A stretch of 64,000 bases of DNA from Anaerolineae bacterium (GCA_015490995.1 WFWT01000038.1:25-64024), one strand, 5' to 3'; shown: positions 1 through 13,774, counted from the stretch's first letter. A program made the numbers and translations. The notes: a model not told the origin generated them from the letters alone.

Positions 1-523
1 TCCTGCTTCGCCTCCTCCGCCCCAGCCACATCGTCAAACGTCACCGTCGGCTTGTCCCCCACATACAACCGCGCCCGACTCTTCCCAAACGAAAACGCCT
101 GACTATTACCACCCTGCGCCTGACGCATCAGGAAGAAGAAGAACGCTCCGATGAAGAGCAGGGGTAACAGCGTGCTGAGGATAGGCATCCACTGTTCCCA
201 CCGGCTGGCCTGAAGCACTTCTACGTTCAGGGCAGCGATGGTGTCCTCCGGGATGTTGAACTCCCGTAAGAGGTTGGCCAGAGACATCTCTGGTTCGTGG
301 TACACCACGACCCGTTGCCCCGTATCCAGCGTGACCAGCCAACGGGTCTCGTCCACTTGAACGCGCTGTACACGGCCTTCTCGTACGGCCTGGACGAAAT
401 CGGTAAGTGATAACTCACGGGCAGGGGGGGAGGACTGGCTGATTAAGGTGAAGAGCAAACCGGCAACGGCCGCGAAGATTAAGATGTATAATAACCCGTT
501 ACGTGATGTTTGATGGCGCATGG
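1..523 (-). CDS. ftsH: ATP-dependent zinc metalloprotease FtsH, N-terminal part (5' partial; continues beyond window start)
   Basis: Minus-strand translation from ATG ~523 gives MRHQTSRNGLLYILIFAAVAG (TM) ... GGNSQAFSFGKSRARLY ... VTFDDVAGAEEAKQ, the canonical FtsH N-terminus and start of the AAA module. It is absent from the ORF track because it has no stop in the window. Confidence 0.8.
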
Positions 524-728
524 ATCACCCACTCACCTAACCTGAAGTGTTGTTACCGACCTCGGCGTTTCTCGCTGTTGGTGATGAGGTCAGCAACCCA
601 TTATCTATACGGCGTATCTCTGTTCCCAGTTTAGCACAGTGGGGGGGCCATGTCAACGTTCACCGTGCGCGACCGGCATGACGGAGAAGAGCAGAGAGGA
701 GGGCGATGCTATCTCGTGTTCCTCGAAC

Positions 729-1511
729 TTATGGTCGACGGGCCACAATCACGCCGGCCGACTTAGGCACTCGAAAGCGTCGCTCGCGGTGAATAATGTC
801 GGCTATGGCCTGGTGGACTATAGAGATCAGCCGGGAGCGGTCGTCCGGGGAAAGGGGCGTCCCGACCACGTTGTTCACTTCCCCGCTGAGATAGTAGGTT
901 AACGCGTCTTCCGCCGTGGGAAAGCAAAACGCGTTTTCCAGCACGTCTGTAGTGACGTTGCCAAACACCCCCGCAACCATGGAACGCCCGTTGTCGATGG
1001 CGAAGTGTTGATGGCGTAATGGACGTGCTTCCCGCCCCAGCGCCTGCAGCGCGGCCGCGTGCAGCGCGTGCAGGCGTGCCAGTGCATCGCGTGTGTTGGT
1101 CGCCGCGACGAACCATCCTCCCGGACGCAACACGCGATAAGCTTCACGGAGCGCCCCCTCGATGTCCGACACGAAGAAGAGGACATGGTTTGCAAAGACC
1201 ACGTCGAAGGTGCGATCTGGGAAGGGAAGGGTTAGCGCATTCGCAACCAAGGGGCGCACAGGCATACTTTGATGAGGGGCATGGGCCAGCATCTCTGGGG
1301 AAAGATCCAGGGCAATCACGCGGGCGGTGTGCCGCAGGTAGTAAGGCCAGTACACCCCGGACCCACAACCCACGTCCAGTACCCGCTCGTTCCCGCGCCA
1401 AGGTACGTGGTCAACTACCCAAGCGAAAAAGTCGACGTCCCGTTCGGAGAAATGGAGGTGGGTTTTAATTCGGGTGCGTAGGTCGTTCGCTCTCAAGGTA
1501 GGCTCGCCCAT
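729..1511 (-). CDS. class I SAM-dependent methyltransferase (Methyltransf_11/25-like)
   Basis: The VLDVGCGSGVY (motif I) ... VIALDLSPEML ... FDVVFANHVLFF ... LRPGGWF pattern is present. The start was refined to MGEPTLR, which has a GGAGG RBS; the track ORF extends to 1580. Confidence 0.75.
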   Translation of the reverse strand: MGEPTLRANDLRTRIKTHLHFSERDVDFFAWVVDHVPWRGNERVLDVGCGSGVYWPYYLRHTARVIALDLSPEMLAHAPHQSMPVRPLVANALTLPFPDRTFDVVFANHVLFFVSDIEGALREAYRVLRPGGWFVAATNTRDALARLHALHAAALQALGREARPLRHQHFAIDNGRSMVAGVFGNVTTDVLENAFCFPTAEDALTYYLSGEVNNVVGTPLSPDDRSRLISIVHQAIADIIHRERRFRVPKSAGVIVARRP

Positions 1512-1576
1512 CGTCCTCCGCTCACGTGAGCACAGCCGAGATGTTCCCTTGAGCACGCCATTGTTCGGTACGCTTC

Positions 1577-2959
1577 TCACCTTCCTAAGATTGCGTCCAG
1601 CGCTTCGCTCACCGAACGGGCTTGGATGACTTCCATGTCCGGAGGGAGAGCCTCTCGCCCGCGCATAAGGGGTGAGCGGGGAACGATGGCCCGGTGAAAG
1701 CCCAGTTTAGCCGCCTCCTGGAGACGTCGGGGCAGGTGGGCCACGCTGCGCAGTTCACCGTTTAGGCCCACTTCACCCACGAAAACGACGTCGGCGGGCA
1801 CAGGCCGTCGGTGTAAGCTGGAGGCGATGGCCATGGCTACGGCCAGGTCCGCGGCCGGTTCATCCACCCGCAAGCCTCCCACCACGTTGACAAACACATC
1901 CTGATCGCTCAGGCGCAGACCGGCCCGCGCGGCGAGAACAGCGATGACCAGTAACAGACGGTTGAGGTCCACGCCGTTGACCGTGCGACGTGGTTGGCTG
2001 AAGGAAGTGGTAGAAGTTAGCGCCTGAACCTCCACCAGCAGGGGGCGGGTGCCTTCCATGGTGACCGCGATAGCCGATCCCGCCGCGTTGGGCAAACGTT
2101 CGGCCAGAAAGGCCTCTGAGGGGTTGGGCACTTCGGCCAGGCCGGTATCCCGCATCTCAAAGATGCCTACTTCGTTGGTGGAGCCGAAGCGGTTTTTCAC
2201 CGCCCGTAAGATGCGATAGGCGTGGAAGCGTTCCCCCTCAAAGTAGAGCACGGTGTCCACCATGTGCTCCAGAACCCGAGGGCCCGCGATGGTGCCCTCC
2301 TTGGTGACGTGCCCCACCAGGAAGAGAGGGATGTGATGGGCCTTGGTGAGGCGGAGCAGGCGAGCTGCACATTCGCGAACCTGGCTGATGTTGCCCGCGG
2401 CTGCCGGGAGGGCGTCTGAGTACACGGCTTGGATGGAATCCACCACCACCAGGGCGGGGCGCATGTGGTCGATGTGATGGAGGATGGTCTCCAGGTGAAC
2501 TTCGGCCAGTACGTGCAGCCTGGGCTCTTGGAGGCCTAAGCGTCGGGCGCGTAGGCTCACCTGTTGGGCACTTTCTTCGCCGGTGACGTACAGCGTCGGC
2601 CCTACAGCCTGGGCAATTTCTGCAGCCAGCTGGAGGAGCAGGGTGGACTTCCCGATGCCAGGTTCACCACCTACGAGCACGGCCATGCCCGGCACAATGC
2701 CCCCACCCAACACTCGCCGCAGTTCGCCCATTTTCACCGGCAAACGTTGCGCGCTGTCGGTGTCAATCTCGGTCAAGGGCATCGGGGGTGTGGTCTCCAC
2801 CAAGGGCATTGCAGACCGGTTTTCCCGGCGAGGGTCGCGGGGTATCGTCACCTGTTCAACAATGGTGTCCCATTCCCCACACTGGGGGCACCGGCCATAC
2901 CATTTAGGATAGGCGGCTCCACATTGTTGGCAGATGTACTCGGTCCGTTGCTTTGCCAT
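1577..2959 (-). CDS. radA: DNA repair protein RadA/Sms
   Basis: It has an N-terminal C4 zinc finger (CQQCGAAYPKWYGRCPQCGEW), a RecA-like Walker A (GEPGIGKST), the KNRFG motif and a Lon-protease-like C-terminal domain. Confidence 0.95.
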   Translation of the reverse strand: MAKQRTEYICQQCGAAYPKWYGRCPQCGEWDTIVEQVTIPRDPRRENRSAMPLVETTPPMPLTEIDTDSAQRLPVKMGELRRVLGGGIVPGMAVLVGGEPGIGKSTLLLQLAAEIAQAVGPTLYVTGEESAQQVSLRARRLGLQEPRLHVLAEVHLETILHHIDHMRPALVVVDSIQAVYSDALPAAAGNISQVRECAARLLRLTKAHHIPLFLVGHVTKEGTIAGPRVLEHMVDTVLYFEGERFHAYRILRAVKNRFGSTNEVGIFEMRDTGLAEVPNPSEAFLAERLPNAAGSAIAVTMEGTRPLLVEVQALTSTTSFSQPRRTVNGVDLNRLLLVIAVLAARAGLRLSDQDVFVNVVGGLRVDEPAADLAVAMAIASSLHRRPVPADVVFVGEVGLNGELRSVAHLPRRLQEAAKLGFHRAIVPRSPLMRGREALPPDMEVIQARSVSEALDAILGR

Positions 2960-3115
2960 AGGCCCCGTCCAGCGGATGTCGATGTGCCCCTCAGCCAGAC
3001 ACGTCTCTTAAAGGTTACCATGTTGTGGAGTAGTCCCAAATTCTGTGTGGCGGGGATGGTCGCCTCGGCATACTCGTCGGTGACTTGCATCCTTATCTCC
3101 CCGCGTAACACACGA

Positions 3116-3145
3116 AACGGGCACGGCATTGCTGCCGTGCCCGTT
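3116..3145 (-). terminator. intrinsic terminator downstream of acs
   Basis: A perfect 12-bp GC-rich stem (acgggcacggca / tgccgtgcccgt) with a 4-nt loop is followed on the minus-strand transcript by UUUCGUGUGUU. Confidence 0.5.
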
Positions 3146-3183
3146 CTCAGAACCTTAATATGGCAGGTTGGTGGGCAGTCGGG

Positions 3184-5259
<2,076 letters not shown>

Positions 5260-5581
5260 GGCTACGCCCTCCTCTTACTATGTCGTGCTACACCCCACTG
5301 CGAGGGGAGACGGCACCATTCAGGCATTAGTTCTCACGACGGACTACAGGGTCCTACCCGCCGGGGTGACCGCAGACACCCTGTTAACGCGCCAGCGGTT
5401 TGCCACGTTGCGACAACCTGCTCATCCGGTAACACGGGGGTGAATGTAGTATATGTGCTCCGTCACCCTCCATCAAGCCGCTTCTTTCGCCAATTGGCTA
5501 TAGACGCGATCCATTCCCCCAACGCGCTGGGGAAACAGCGTCTGATGGCGGTGGGAGGTCTCTCAGCGCGAGTATATGGCT

Positions 5582-6583
5582 TTATGTCACGGCAAAGGTG
5601 TCGATCATGAGTTTGACGTCGTCCCCCAGGGGGTAGAGGACCGGGCAGGTGCAGCCGGCTTCGCAGTACTGTTGCACTTTGCGCCGGACTTCCTCCGGCG
5701 TGCCGCTGGCGGTGATCAGTTGGACTACATCATCGGGGACCAATTCCATCGCGCGCTCTATCTGTTCTTCGGTGGCCGGCCAGGTCAACACCCGGTTGAT
5801 CTCCTCGATCAATTCCTGGTCAACGCCGCTGGCCTTCATGATGTGCGGTTGCTGGCCGAGGTATTGGGTAACCAGTTTACGGGCGTTGTCCAGGGCTTTT
5901 TGCCGGTCGTGGTCCACGGAACATACCACCAGTTGAGGACGGTCGATTTCGTCGATGGAGCGTCCTCCGCGCTTGGCACCGATGGCGAGGTGTTCCATGG
6001 CCATTTCGTTGTATTGGGGTGATACGAGATAGTTGAGCAGGACGCCGTCCGCAATTTCACCGGCCAGTTCCATCATTTTCATTCCGGTGGCCCCGATGTA
6101 AATGGGCACGTTGCGTGGTCCCTTGCGGCCGTAGACCACGTCCAGCATGATGTCTGTCACGTGAACGAACTCGCCGTGGAAGGTGACTCGTTCGCCGTTC
6201 AGCAAGCGACGCACGACGGTGACGATTTCACGCATTGCCTTCAGGGGTTTCCGCCGGTTGACGCCCACCTTGCTGGCCAGCGGTTCCCACCATGCCCCAA
6301 TACCCAGCAAAATCCGGTCAGGCGCGAGGTCATCCAGTGTGAGAAAGGTGCTCGCGATCAGGGCGGGGTTACGCGTCCAGCAGTTGATAACACCGCTGCC
6401 CACTTTGATGCGTTCGGTCACCGCGGCATATGCGGCCATGGGCACCACCGCATCGCGTACCAACCGTGATTCCGCCTGCCAAACCGCTTCAAACCCCCGG
6501 GACTCCGCGTACTGGACGTACGGGATCGCTTCTGTCCGCAGGTCGTGCTTGTCCTGCATGTAGAGGGCGACTCGTTGTGTCAT
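5582..6583 (-). CDS. LLM-class (luciferase-like) flavin/F420-dependent oxidoreductase
   Basis: It is a luciferase-like TIM barrel ([13 protein letters not shown] ... GIGAWW ... IYIGATG). The start was refined to MTQRVALY, which has a GGAGG RBS 7 nt upstream. Confidence 0.8.
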   Translation of the reverse strand: MTQRVALYMQDKHDLRTEAIPYVQYAESRGFEAVWQAESRLVRDAVVPMAAYAAVTERIKVGSGVINCWTRNPALIASTFLTLDDLAPDRILLGIGAWWEPLASKVGVNRRKPLKAMREIVTVVRRLLNGERVTFHGEFVHVTDIMLDVVYGRKGPRNVPIYIGATGMKMMELAGEIADGVLLNYLVSPQYNEMAMEHLAIGAKRGGRSIDEIDRPQLVVCSVDHDRQKALDNARKLVTQYLGQQPHIMKASGVDQELIEEINRVLTWPATEEQIERAMELVPDDVVQLITASGTPEEVRRKVQQYCEAGCTCPVLYPLGDDVKLMIDTFAVT

Positions 6584-6746
6584 CGTGGACCTCCGTTTTC
6601 TCACACGCGTGCTGAGGACAACTGTGGGGAACAGCCTAGGGCCTGAGTAGCCCCATTGTACCGCCTTTTGGGATGGCCGTCAAAGTATTTGTCAGACAAC
6701 TGGGGAGACGCTTATAATCCGAACTGGAAGGGTGGGGGGATGAATT

Positions 6747-7226
6747 TTATGAGGCAGGCCAATGGCGCTTCAGCTCGCGATAGGTGTCCTCCAGCAGTTG
6801 AGGAATGGTCCGGGTATCGGCCAACACGGTCATGAAGTTGGCGTCCGCTGCCCAGCGGGGCACGATGTGGAGGTGGACGTGCTCTCTCACACCCGCGCCT
6901 GCTTCCGCCCCCAGGTTGAAGCCGACGTTGAACCCGTGCGGTTTCATTACGGCCCGCAACACCCGTAGAGCGGTCTGGGTTATGCGCATTAATTCTAGCA
7001 AGGTGGCGTCATCCAGGTCTTCTACGCTGGGTACGTGGGCATAGGGGACAACCAACAGGTGACCGTTGTTGTAGGGATACTTGTTCAGGGTGACGTACAC
7101 GTGCTCGCCGCGAACGACGATGTGCTCCTGGTCATCCGATCCGGTTACTTTGGCACAGAAGATGCACTCCTGGGGTTTTTCTCCGCGAATGAACTCCAGG
7201 CGCCAAGGTGTCCACAGGTGTCGCAT
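6747..7226 (-). CDS. HIT family protein (GalT/Ap4A-phosphorylase-like branch)
   Basis: It carries the histidine triad HVHLHIVPR and an N-terminal CIFC. The start was refined to MRHLWTPW, which has a GGGAGAG RBS; the track ORF extends to 7457. Confidence 0.8.
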   Translation of the reverse strand: MRHLWTPWRLEFIRGEKPQECIFCAKVTGSDDQEHIVVRGEHVYVTLNKYPYNNGHLLVVPYAHVPSVEDLDDATLLELMRITQTALRVLRAVMKPHGFNVGFNLGAEAGAGVREHVHLHIVPRWAADANFMTVLADTRTIPQLLEDTYRELKRHWPAS

Positions 7227-7424
7227 GGCGGATCTCTCCCTTTCCAGGGGATATGGTCGGTGGTTCCTGTACGTTCTGTGGGGCATATCACCCGTGTTGA
7301 AACGCCCAGGCTGCCCCACATGCCGCAAGGGAGTGTACGGTGAACCCTTGTGGAGGGCAAATTGGACCAGGAGATGACGTCGCGGGGGCGCGAAGGGATA
7401 TATGTGCGCAACAGGAGGTGAGTT

Positions 7425-8888
7425 ATGCTGTACACGACTTATTATACCCCCGCGCATGTGGCAGAAGCGCTGGATCTCCTGGCGCGTTACGGCGCAGCGG
7501 CGCGTATCGTGGCCGGGGGAACGGACCTGCTTCTGGAGTTGGCTCGAGGTGTTCGCAAGGCTCAGGTACTCATTGACATCACGCGAATCCCAGGATTAGA
7601 CCAGATCACCATAGACCCTGATGGGACCGTCCACCTGGGACCGCTGGTGACGCATAATCATGTGGTCGCGGATGCACGGATGGCTGCAGTGGCGTTCCCC
7701 TTGGCGCGCGCGTGCTGGGAGGTAGGCGCGCCTCAGATTCGCAATCGGGGCACTGTGGCGGGCAACTTGATCACCGCTTCGCCCGCGAACGATACCATTA
7801 CACCTCTCCAGGCGCTGGATGCCCAAGTGGTCCTGGCATCCCGGCGGGGACGGCGGACTGTCCCGCTGGCCGAGTTTTATCGGGGAGTGCGCCAGACCGT
7901 GATGGCACCGGACGAGATGCTGGTGGACATCCAATTTCCGGCCCTGGCGCCACACCAACGAGGGACGTTCATTAAATTGGGGTTGCGGCGGGCTCAAGCG
8001 ATCTCCGTGGTGAACGTGGCGGTAGTACTCACATTTCCTGAATCGCTGACCTCGGATGTTGCGCCGGGCCAGGAGTGGCCGGTGGTGGACGCGCGCATTA
8101 CCCTGGGGGCGGTGGCCCCGACGATTGTACGGGCCACAGAGGCCGAAGAGTGCTTGCGCGGTGCTCCCTTGACGGACGATCGGGTGGCTCAGGCCGCGGC
8201 CGCGGCAGCCGCGGCGGCCCGTCCCATCGACGATGTGCGTGGGTCCGCGGCATATCGACGGGCCATGGTGGCCACATTGGTCCGGCGGGCTTTGGTAGCT
8301 GTTCGAGAGGGGGTTGAGCGTCGGGGGTGGCCTCGACGGACGCCGCTGTTGTGGGGGCGCTGGAACGGACGCGTGCCTTACCCGGCGGGCGCGGCTCCTC
8401 GGTTCGTCCTCCAGGCAGAGGAGACGGTGGAAACGGTTGTCAACGGTCAACCGGTGGCCCTCCCTGCTGCCGCCGGCCAGACGTTGTTGGACGCCTTACG
8501 GGAAGGCGGGCATTTCACCGGTGTGAAGGAAGGGTGTGCCGAGGGGGAATGTGGTGCGTGCACCGTCTGGCTGGACGGTGTGGCCGTCATGAGCTGTCTC
8601 GTGCCTGCGGCACGGGCCCAGGGTGCGACAATCGTCACGGTGGAGGGCCTCGCCCGGGACGGGCAACGTCACCCTGTGCAGGAGGCGTTCGTAAGAGCCG
8701 GTGCTGTACAGTGCGGTTACTGTACACCGGGGTTCATCATGGCTGCCGCCAAATTGCTGGAAGAGATCCCGCAACCGACCCCGGAGGATGTCCGACAAGC
8801 GCTGACAGGTAACTTATGTCGGTGCACAGGATATGTGAAGATTGTGGACGCGGTGGTGGCAGCCGCGCGCTCCCGGGAGAGCAGGTGA
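7425..8888 (+). CDS. xanthine dehydrogenase family protein, fused FAD-binding (CoxM-like) and 2Fe-2S (CoxS-like) subunits
   Basis: The N-terminal ~290 aa is an FAD-binding domain ([17 protein letters not shown]). The C-terminal ~160 aa carries two [2Fe-2S] motifs ([11 protein letters not shown]; CGYCTPGF ... CRCTGY). An AGGAGGTGA RBS precedes the start. Confidence 0.9.
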   Translation: MLYTTYYTPAHVAEALDLLARYGAAARIVAGGTDLLLELARGVRKAQVLIDITRIPGLDQITIDPDGTVHLGPLVTHNHVVADARMAAVAFPLARACWEVGAPQIRNRGTVAGNLITASPANDTITPLQALDAQVVLASRRGRRTVPLAEFYRGVRQTVMAPDEMLVDIQFPALAPHQRGTFIKLGLRRAQAISVVNVAVVLTFPESLTSDVAPGQEWPVVDARITLGAVAPTIVRATEAEECLRGAPLTDDRVAQAAAAAAAAARPIDDVRGSAAYRRAMVATLVRRALVAVREGVERRGWPRRTPLLWGRWNGRVPYPAGAAPRFVLQAEETVETVVNGQPVALPAAAGQTLLDALREGGHFTGVKEGCAEGECGACTVWLDGVAVMSCLVPAARAQGATIVTVEGLARDGQRHPVQEAFVRAGAVQCGYCTPGFIMAAAKLLEEIPQPTPEDVRQALTGNLCRCTGYVKIVDAVVAAARSRESR

Positions 8889-8937
8889 GCGAGAGGCCCT
8901 CTGCTTTTTCAAGCATAATCTCGTTCAGGAGGGGACG

Positions 8938-11220
8938 ATGCGAGCGGTGGGCAGCAGTATACCTCGTCTTGACGCGTGGCAGAAGGTAACCGGCGAAGCC
9001 CCCTTTCCGGGTGACATTTATCTGCCGGACATGTTGCACATGAAAGTGCTCTTTGCGGGGCGGCCCCACGCCCGCATTCGGCACATAGACGTGTCACGGG
9101 CAGAGCAAGCGCCTGGTGTGGTGGCCGTCCTCACCGCACGGGATGTCCCGGTGAACGAATATGGACTGATCCTGCCGGATCAGCCGGTGCTGTGTGGCCC
9201 CGGTTCGGCCAAAGAGGGAGCGGATGTGGTGCGGTTTGTGGGCGATCAGGTCGCGTTGGTCATTGCGGAGAGCGAGGCGCAGGCGGAGGCGGCCCTTGCT
9301 CTCATTGACGTGGACTACGAGGATTTACCTGTGGTGGCCTCGGTGGAGGAGGCGTTACGTCCCGACGCGCCGCGGGTGCACGCCCACAGGGAAAGTAACC
9401 TCCTACACGCGTATCGCATCCGGCGCGGGGATATCGAGCGTGGGTTTGAAGCTGCCGATGTCATCGTGGAGGCCACGTTTCGGACCGGCTTTCAAGAACA
9501 TGCTTATCTCCAGCCAGAAGCTGGAGTCAGTTACGTGGACGAAGATGGGCGGATAGTGGTTATCACTGCAGGCCAGTGGGTTCACGAGGACCGCCAGCAG
9601 ATTGCTCACGCGTTGGCCCTGCCGGAAGACCGCATTGTGGTGCGGTATGTGGGCATAGGCGGTGCCTTTGGCGGGCGAGAGGACATGAGTGTCCAGATCA
9701 TTTTGGCCCTGGCTGCTTGGCGCCTGCACCAGCGAGGCATTCGACGACCGGTGAAAATTGTCTGGAGTCGTGAGGAATCCATCATTGGCCATCACAAACG
9801 ACATGCCATGGTGGCCCGAGCCCGCTGGGGCGCGACGCGGGATGGACGAGTAGTCGCGGCGCAGGTGGACCTGGTCCTGGATGCCGGCGCGTACGCGTAC
9901 ACAAGCACCAAAGTGCTGGGCAACGCGACCCTCACCTGTGTGGGACCTTACGAGATTCCCAACGTGTGGGTGGATGCTCGGGCCGTGTACACAAACAACA
10001 TTCCCGGCGGTGCCTTTCGGGGCTTTGGCGCGCCGCAGGGTCACTTCGTGGCAGAGAACATGATGAACCGGCTGGCCGAGGCCCTGGGCATGGACCCGGT
10101 CGAACTGCGGGAGCGTAACATCCTCCGGGAAGGGTCTATCCTGCCAACCCAAGCCCCGGTGCCCCCAGGCTGTTCCATGCCTGAAGTGTTGACACGCCTG
10201 GCCGAAGAGGCCGGATGGCGCCGGGATCCGGAAAAGGGGTGGCAGGCACCTCCCCCGTTACCCCCCGGGGACCCCTGCCAGGATCCAGAACGCCCATGTA
10301 CCAGCTTAGAGGCGACGCCCGGCCCACGACTGCGGGGACGGGGGCTGGCCATCGCGTATAAGAACGTGGGGTTCTCCTTCGGATTTGTGGACGAGTGCCA
10401 CGCGACGGTGGAGCTACACGGTGACGCCGCGATTGAGCGGGTGGTGGTGCGTCATGCCGGCGCGGATGTGGGGCAGGGCGCGCACACTGTTATGGCCCAG
10501 ATGGCAGCCGAGGTCCTTGGCGTCCCCCTGGATAAGATCGAACTCGTTGTATCCGACACCGCAAAGACCGAGAACTCGGGCAGTGCTTCGGCCTCCCGGA
10601 TGACCTTTATGGCGGGCAACGCCATCCAGCGGGCCGCTCAGGAAGCCTTGCGCCTCTGGCATGAGGAGGAACGGCCCGCCGTAGGGCACTTCCGCTACAT
10701 CCCGCGGCCCACCACCCCTTATGACCCGGAAACCGGACGTTCTGACCCCAACATTACCTACGGGTATGTGGGCCAGTACGTGGAAGTGGAAGTGGACCCC
10801 GAGACGGGACATGTTGCCCTGACGCGCGTGATTAGTGTCAACGACGTGGGTAAAGCCATTAATCCCCAGCTCATTGAAGGCCAGATAGAGGGCGCGGTGT
10901 CACAGGCTTTTGGCTGGGCGGTGACAGAGGATTTTCGGGTAGTCGAAGGCCGTCCTCTGACCGATCGGTTAAGTACATACCTCATCCCCACCATATGGGA
11001 CAGCCCTTTGAATATTCAGTCGGTGATCTTGGAAATTCCTGACCCTCAAGGACCGTTCGGTGCCCGAGGGATGGCAGAAATGCCCTTTATTCCCCTGGCC
11101 GCGGCCATTGTAGCGGCCGTCCGGGACGCGATAGGTGTTTGGATTGATGAGCTCCCGCTCACGCCGGAGCGGGTTTGGCGGGCATTGCACCGCCCTGCGG
11201 AACGAGAAGGGGGAACGTGA
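8938..11220 (+). CDS. xanthine dehydrogenase / aldehyde oxidase family molybdopterin-binding subunit
   Basis: It has the a/b hammerhead, the Ald_Xan_dh_C fold and the GGAFGGRED and [11 protein letters not shown] motifs. The start was refined to MRAVGSS, which has a GGAGGGG RBS. Confidence 0.9.
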   Translation: MRAVGSSIPRLDAWQKVTGEAPFPGDIYLPDMLHMKVLFAGRPHARIRHIDVSRAEQAPGVVAVLTARDVPVNEYGLILPDQPVLCGPGSAKEGADVVRFVGDQVALVIAESEAQAEAALALIDVDYEDLPVVASVEEALRPDAPRVHAHRESNLLHAYRIRRGDIERGFEAADVIVEATFRTGFQEHAYLQPEAGVSYVDEDGRIVVITAGQWVHEDRQQIAHALALPEDRIVVRYVGIGGAFGGREDMSVQIILALAAWRLHQRGIRRPVKIVWSREESIIGHHKRHAMVARARWGATRDGRVVAAQVDLVLDAGAYAYTSTKVLGNATLTCVGPYEIPNVWVDARAVYTNNIPGGAFRGFGAPQGHFVAENMMNRLAEALGMDPVELRERNILREGSILPTQAPVPPGCSMPEVLTRLAEEAGWRRDPEKGWQAPPPLPPGDPCQDPERPCTSLEATPGPRLRGRGLAIAYKNVGFSFGFVDECHATVELHGDAAIERVVVRHAGADVGQGAHTVMAQMAAEVLGVPLDKIELVVSDTAKTENSGSASASRMTFMAGNAIQRAAQEALRLWHEEERPAVGHFRYIPRPTTPYDPETGRSDPNITYGYVGQYVEVEVDPETGHVALTRVISVNDVGKAINPQLIEGQIEGAVSQAFGWAVTEDFRVVEGRPLTDRLSTYLIPTIWDSPLNIQSVILEIPDPQGPFGARGMAEMPFIPLAAAIVAAVRDAIGVWIDELPLTPERVWRALHRPAEREGGT

Positions 11221-11238
11221 CCGGACAGGGGGCGACTC

Positions 11239-12315
11239 ATGCGACGGCAGGTGTGGTGGAAGCGCTTGTGCAAGACGTTAGCGCAACATGTGCCGGGCAA
11301 CGGGTTACGGGTTCGTCTCTGGCGGGCATGTGGCTTTCACATTGGCCGGGATGTGTACATCGCCGAGGGGCTGATCGTGGTGGAAATTCTGGAAGATTTT
11401 TCCGAGAAGCTGGTCATAGGCGATCGGGTATCCATCGCGCCGAGGGTAACGCTCATCACATCTTCGGATGCCAACTGGTCCCGGCTGAATGAAGTTATTC
11501 CGCCGGTGCGTGGGCGCATCGTTATTGAGGATGACGCGTGGATCGGGGCAGGGGCTATCATCATGCCCAATGTGACCGTCGGTGAGGGGGCGGTGGTGGG
11601 TGCGGGGGCGGTGGTGACCCGGGATGTTCCCCCTTATACCAAAGTGGCGGGCGTGCCCGCCCGGCCGATTGGCACCATTTCCCCACCTCCGGGCGCACGA
11701 CAAGCTCCCCCCGGGGATGCACCGTTTATCCACCCCACGGCAGAAGTCTCGGCAAGCGCCCACATTGGCCCGCGCACTCGGATCTGGCACCACGCTCAAG
11801 TGCGGGAGAAGGCTGTTATTGGTGCTGAGTGCATTATTGGCAAGGGGGTGTACATCGGCGCAGGGGTGCGGGTGGGCCATCGGGTGAAGGTGCAGAACTA
11901 CGCGTTGGTGTACGAAGGGGTAACGTTAGAGGACGGCGTCTTCGTTGGGCCGCACGCATGTTTGACCAACGACCGTCATCCGCGCGCAGTGACACCGGAT
12001 GGCACGTTGCAGACAGCGGCAGACTGGGAGATTCAACCCATTCACGTGGGACGAGGAGCTTCTATTGGCGCTCATGCGACGGTCATCGCAGGCGTGACCA
12101 TAGGTGAATGGGCGATGGTGGCCGCCGGCGCAGTGGTCACCCGGGATGTACCCCCCCACGCGTTGGTTATGGGGGTACCCGCCCGGGTGGTAGGTTTTGT
12201 GTGTGCCTGTGGCGCTCGCCTGAAGCTCACGGGGTCTGGAACAGGCATGTGTCCCGCGTGTGGTCGTACTGTAACCGGCTTGGCCGACGATCGACTTGCG
12301 TCCCCGATGGATTAA
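11239..12315 (+). CDS. tandem left-handed beta-helix (hexapeptide) acyltransferase with a C-terminal Cys4 zinc ribbon
   Basis: Residues 1-150 resemble a WcaF/maltose-O-acetyltransferase-like LbH ([31 protein letters not shown]). Residues 165-330 resemble a WbpD/PglD-like N-acetyltransferase LbH. The protein ends CACGARL ... CPACGRTV. Confidence 0.75.
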   Translation: MRRQVWWKRLCKTLAQHVPGNGLRVRLWRACGFHIGRDVYIAEGLIVVEILEDFSEKLVIGDRVSIAPRVTLITSSDANWSRLNEVIPPVRGRIVIEDDAWIGAGAIIMPNVTVGEGAVVGAGAVVTRDVPPYTKVAGVPARPIGTISPPPGARQAPPGDAPFIHPTAEVSASAHIGPRTRIWHHAQVREKAVIGAECIIGKGVYIGAGVRVGHRVKVQNYALVYEGVTLEDGVFVGPHACLTNDRHPRAVTPDGTLQTAADWEIQPIHVGRGASIGAHATVIAGVTIGEWAMVAAGAVVTRDVPPHALVMGVPARVVGFVCACGARLKLTGSGTGMCPACGRTVTGLADDRLASPMD

Positions 12316-12890
12316 TGGGACGTCCAGGTGCCTACCAGGCGCCACATTGAGGGCAGAACGGCCGCGGCGAGGACGATTTTCAGGGCATCTCCGGGCAGAA
12401 AAGGCAAGGCGCCTTGCCAGAAGGCAGCTGGCCACCCCACAAACCGCGCCAGCCAGAGTATCCCAAGTGCGTAGATGACCAGATTGCCCAGGGCCATCGC
12501 GAGGGTAGCGCGGGACAGATGACGATCCCACCCCCGCTCTGCGAGGTGACCGGTCAGCCAGGCAGCGGCCAGAAAGCCCACCAAGTACCCGCCGGTGGGT
12601 CCGAGAAGGTGCATGATACCGCCTGTACCGCCGGCAAACACTGGCCATCCCAGAGCTCCCTGGGTCAGATACAGCAGCACACTCAGGACCCCTCGTGTAG
12701 CGCCTAAGCCTGCTCCCACCAACAGGACGGCAAACGTCTGGCCGGTGATGGGAACCGGCGTAAAAGGTAGGGGAATGCGTACCTGTGCACTCGCGGTAAT
12801 GAGCAGCGTTCCGGTTACGATCAGGGTTATCTCCCGGAAGAGTCCACGGCGGGGGACCAGTACATCGGCCAACACCATGGTTTGGTTCAT
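12312..12890 (-). CDS. bioY: biotin transporter BioY (ECF S-component)
   Basis: This is a 192-aa, 6-TM protein with the pattern [24 protein letters not shown] ... GGYLVGF. Confidence 0.85.
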   Translation of the reverse strand: MNQTMVLADVLVPRRGLFREITLIVTGTLLITASAQVRIPLPFTPVPITGQTFAVLLVGAGLGATRGVLSVLLYLTQGALGWPVFAGGTGGIMHLLGPTGGYLVGFLAAAWLTGHLAERGWDRHLSRATLAMALGNLVIYALGILWLARFVGWPAAFWQGALPFLPGDALKIVLAAAVLPSMWRLVGTWTSH

Positions 12891-12909
12891 GGGTGTGCCT
12901 CCTTTCGCG

Positions 12910-13677
12910 CTACTTGGGTTCTACGTCCTTCTCCAGGGTGAGGGAGGTGTTCCCAAACGCGGTGAGGATTTCGTCCACGCGGGCGAGAGCGTGCTCGGCT
13001 GCGGCCTGGGCGGCTTCCTGTTTAGACGCTCCTTGCCCGCGGCCGGCCACGACAGGGCCAATGTGTACTTCCACGGTGAATACTTTCGCGTGGTCCGGAC
13101 CTTCTGAGGCCACGGTGACATACCGGGGCGTAATGTGCAACGTGGCCTGGCTCCACTCCTGAAGTCGGGATTTAGCGTCCTTGTGCAGGGCTTCGTTCAC
13201 CGCTTGGGGAAGGATGCGGTCGACAAAGGTGAGGATGAACTGCCGCGCGGTTTCCAGCCCCTGATCCAGGTATAACGCGCCCACTAGGGCTTCAAAGGCC
13301 GCGCATAAGACAGCTTCCCGCTCCCGGCCGCCACTGCGAACCTCTCCCGCGCCCATAAGTAGGTACTGGCCCAGCCGAATCTCACGGGCAAACGTGGCCA
13401 ATGTACGCCGGCGCACCAGGTACGATCGCACCGTGGTCAGGTCCCCCTCGCTCATTTCGGGGAAACGGTGATAGAGATACTCGGCCACGATGAAGTCCAG
13501 CACGGCGTCCCCCAGGAATTCTAGACGTTCGTTATCCTCCCAGGGAACATCCGGCATTTCGTTAAGGTAGGACCGATGGGTAAGCGCGCGCTGTAGGAGA
13601 CTTTTATCGTGAAAGACGACCCCTATTTCCTGTTCCAGGGCGTTTATCTGAGTGTAAATGTCTTCCGGCACATGCAT
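12910..13677 (-). CDS. rnc: ribonuclease III
   Basis: It has the RNase III signature ERLEFLGDAVLD and a C-terminal dsRBD. Confidence 0.95.
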   Translation of the reverse strand: MHVPEDIYTQINALEQEIGVVFHDKSLLQRALTHRSYLNEMPDVPWEDNERLEFLGDAVLDFIVAEYLYHRFPEMSEGDLTTVRSYLVRRRTLATFAREIRLGQYLLMGAGEVRSGGREREAVLCAAFEALVGALYLDQGLETARQFILTFVDRILPQAVNEALHKDAKSRLQEWSQATLHITPRYVTVASEGPDHAKVFTVEVHIGPVVAGRGQGASKQEAAQAAAEHALARVDEILTAFGNTSLTLEKDVEPK

Positions 13678-13774
13678 GGCGATGTGTTGTCCTGTTCTCC
13701 AGGTCCGGTGCTACGGTTGACCTTTCGGGATTGACCGTTGCCGACAGGGGACACACCCACCTTAGAGTATGCCT

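Noticed and set aside
7596-8450. 284-aa minus-strand ORF inside the xdh FAD/FeS gene
   Set aside because: It is an antisense shadow ORF with an Arg/Pro-rich low-complexity translation.
9403-10152. 249-aa minus-strand ORF inside the Mo-subunit gene
   Set aside because: It is an antisense shadow ORF.
11926-12648. 240-aa minus-strand ORF overlapping the hexapeptide-transferase 3' end and bioY
   Set aside because: It overlaps two supported genes on different strands and has a low-complexity translation.
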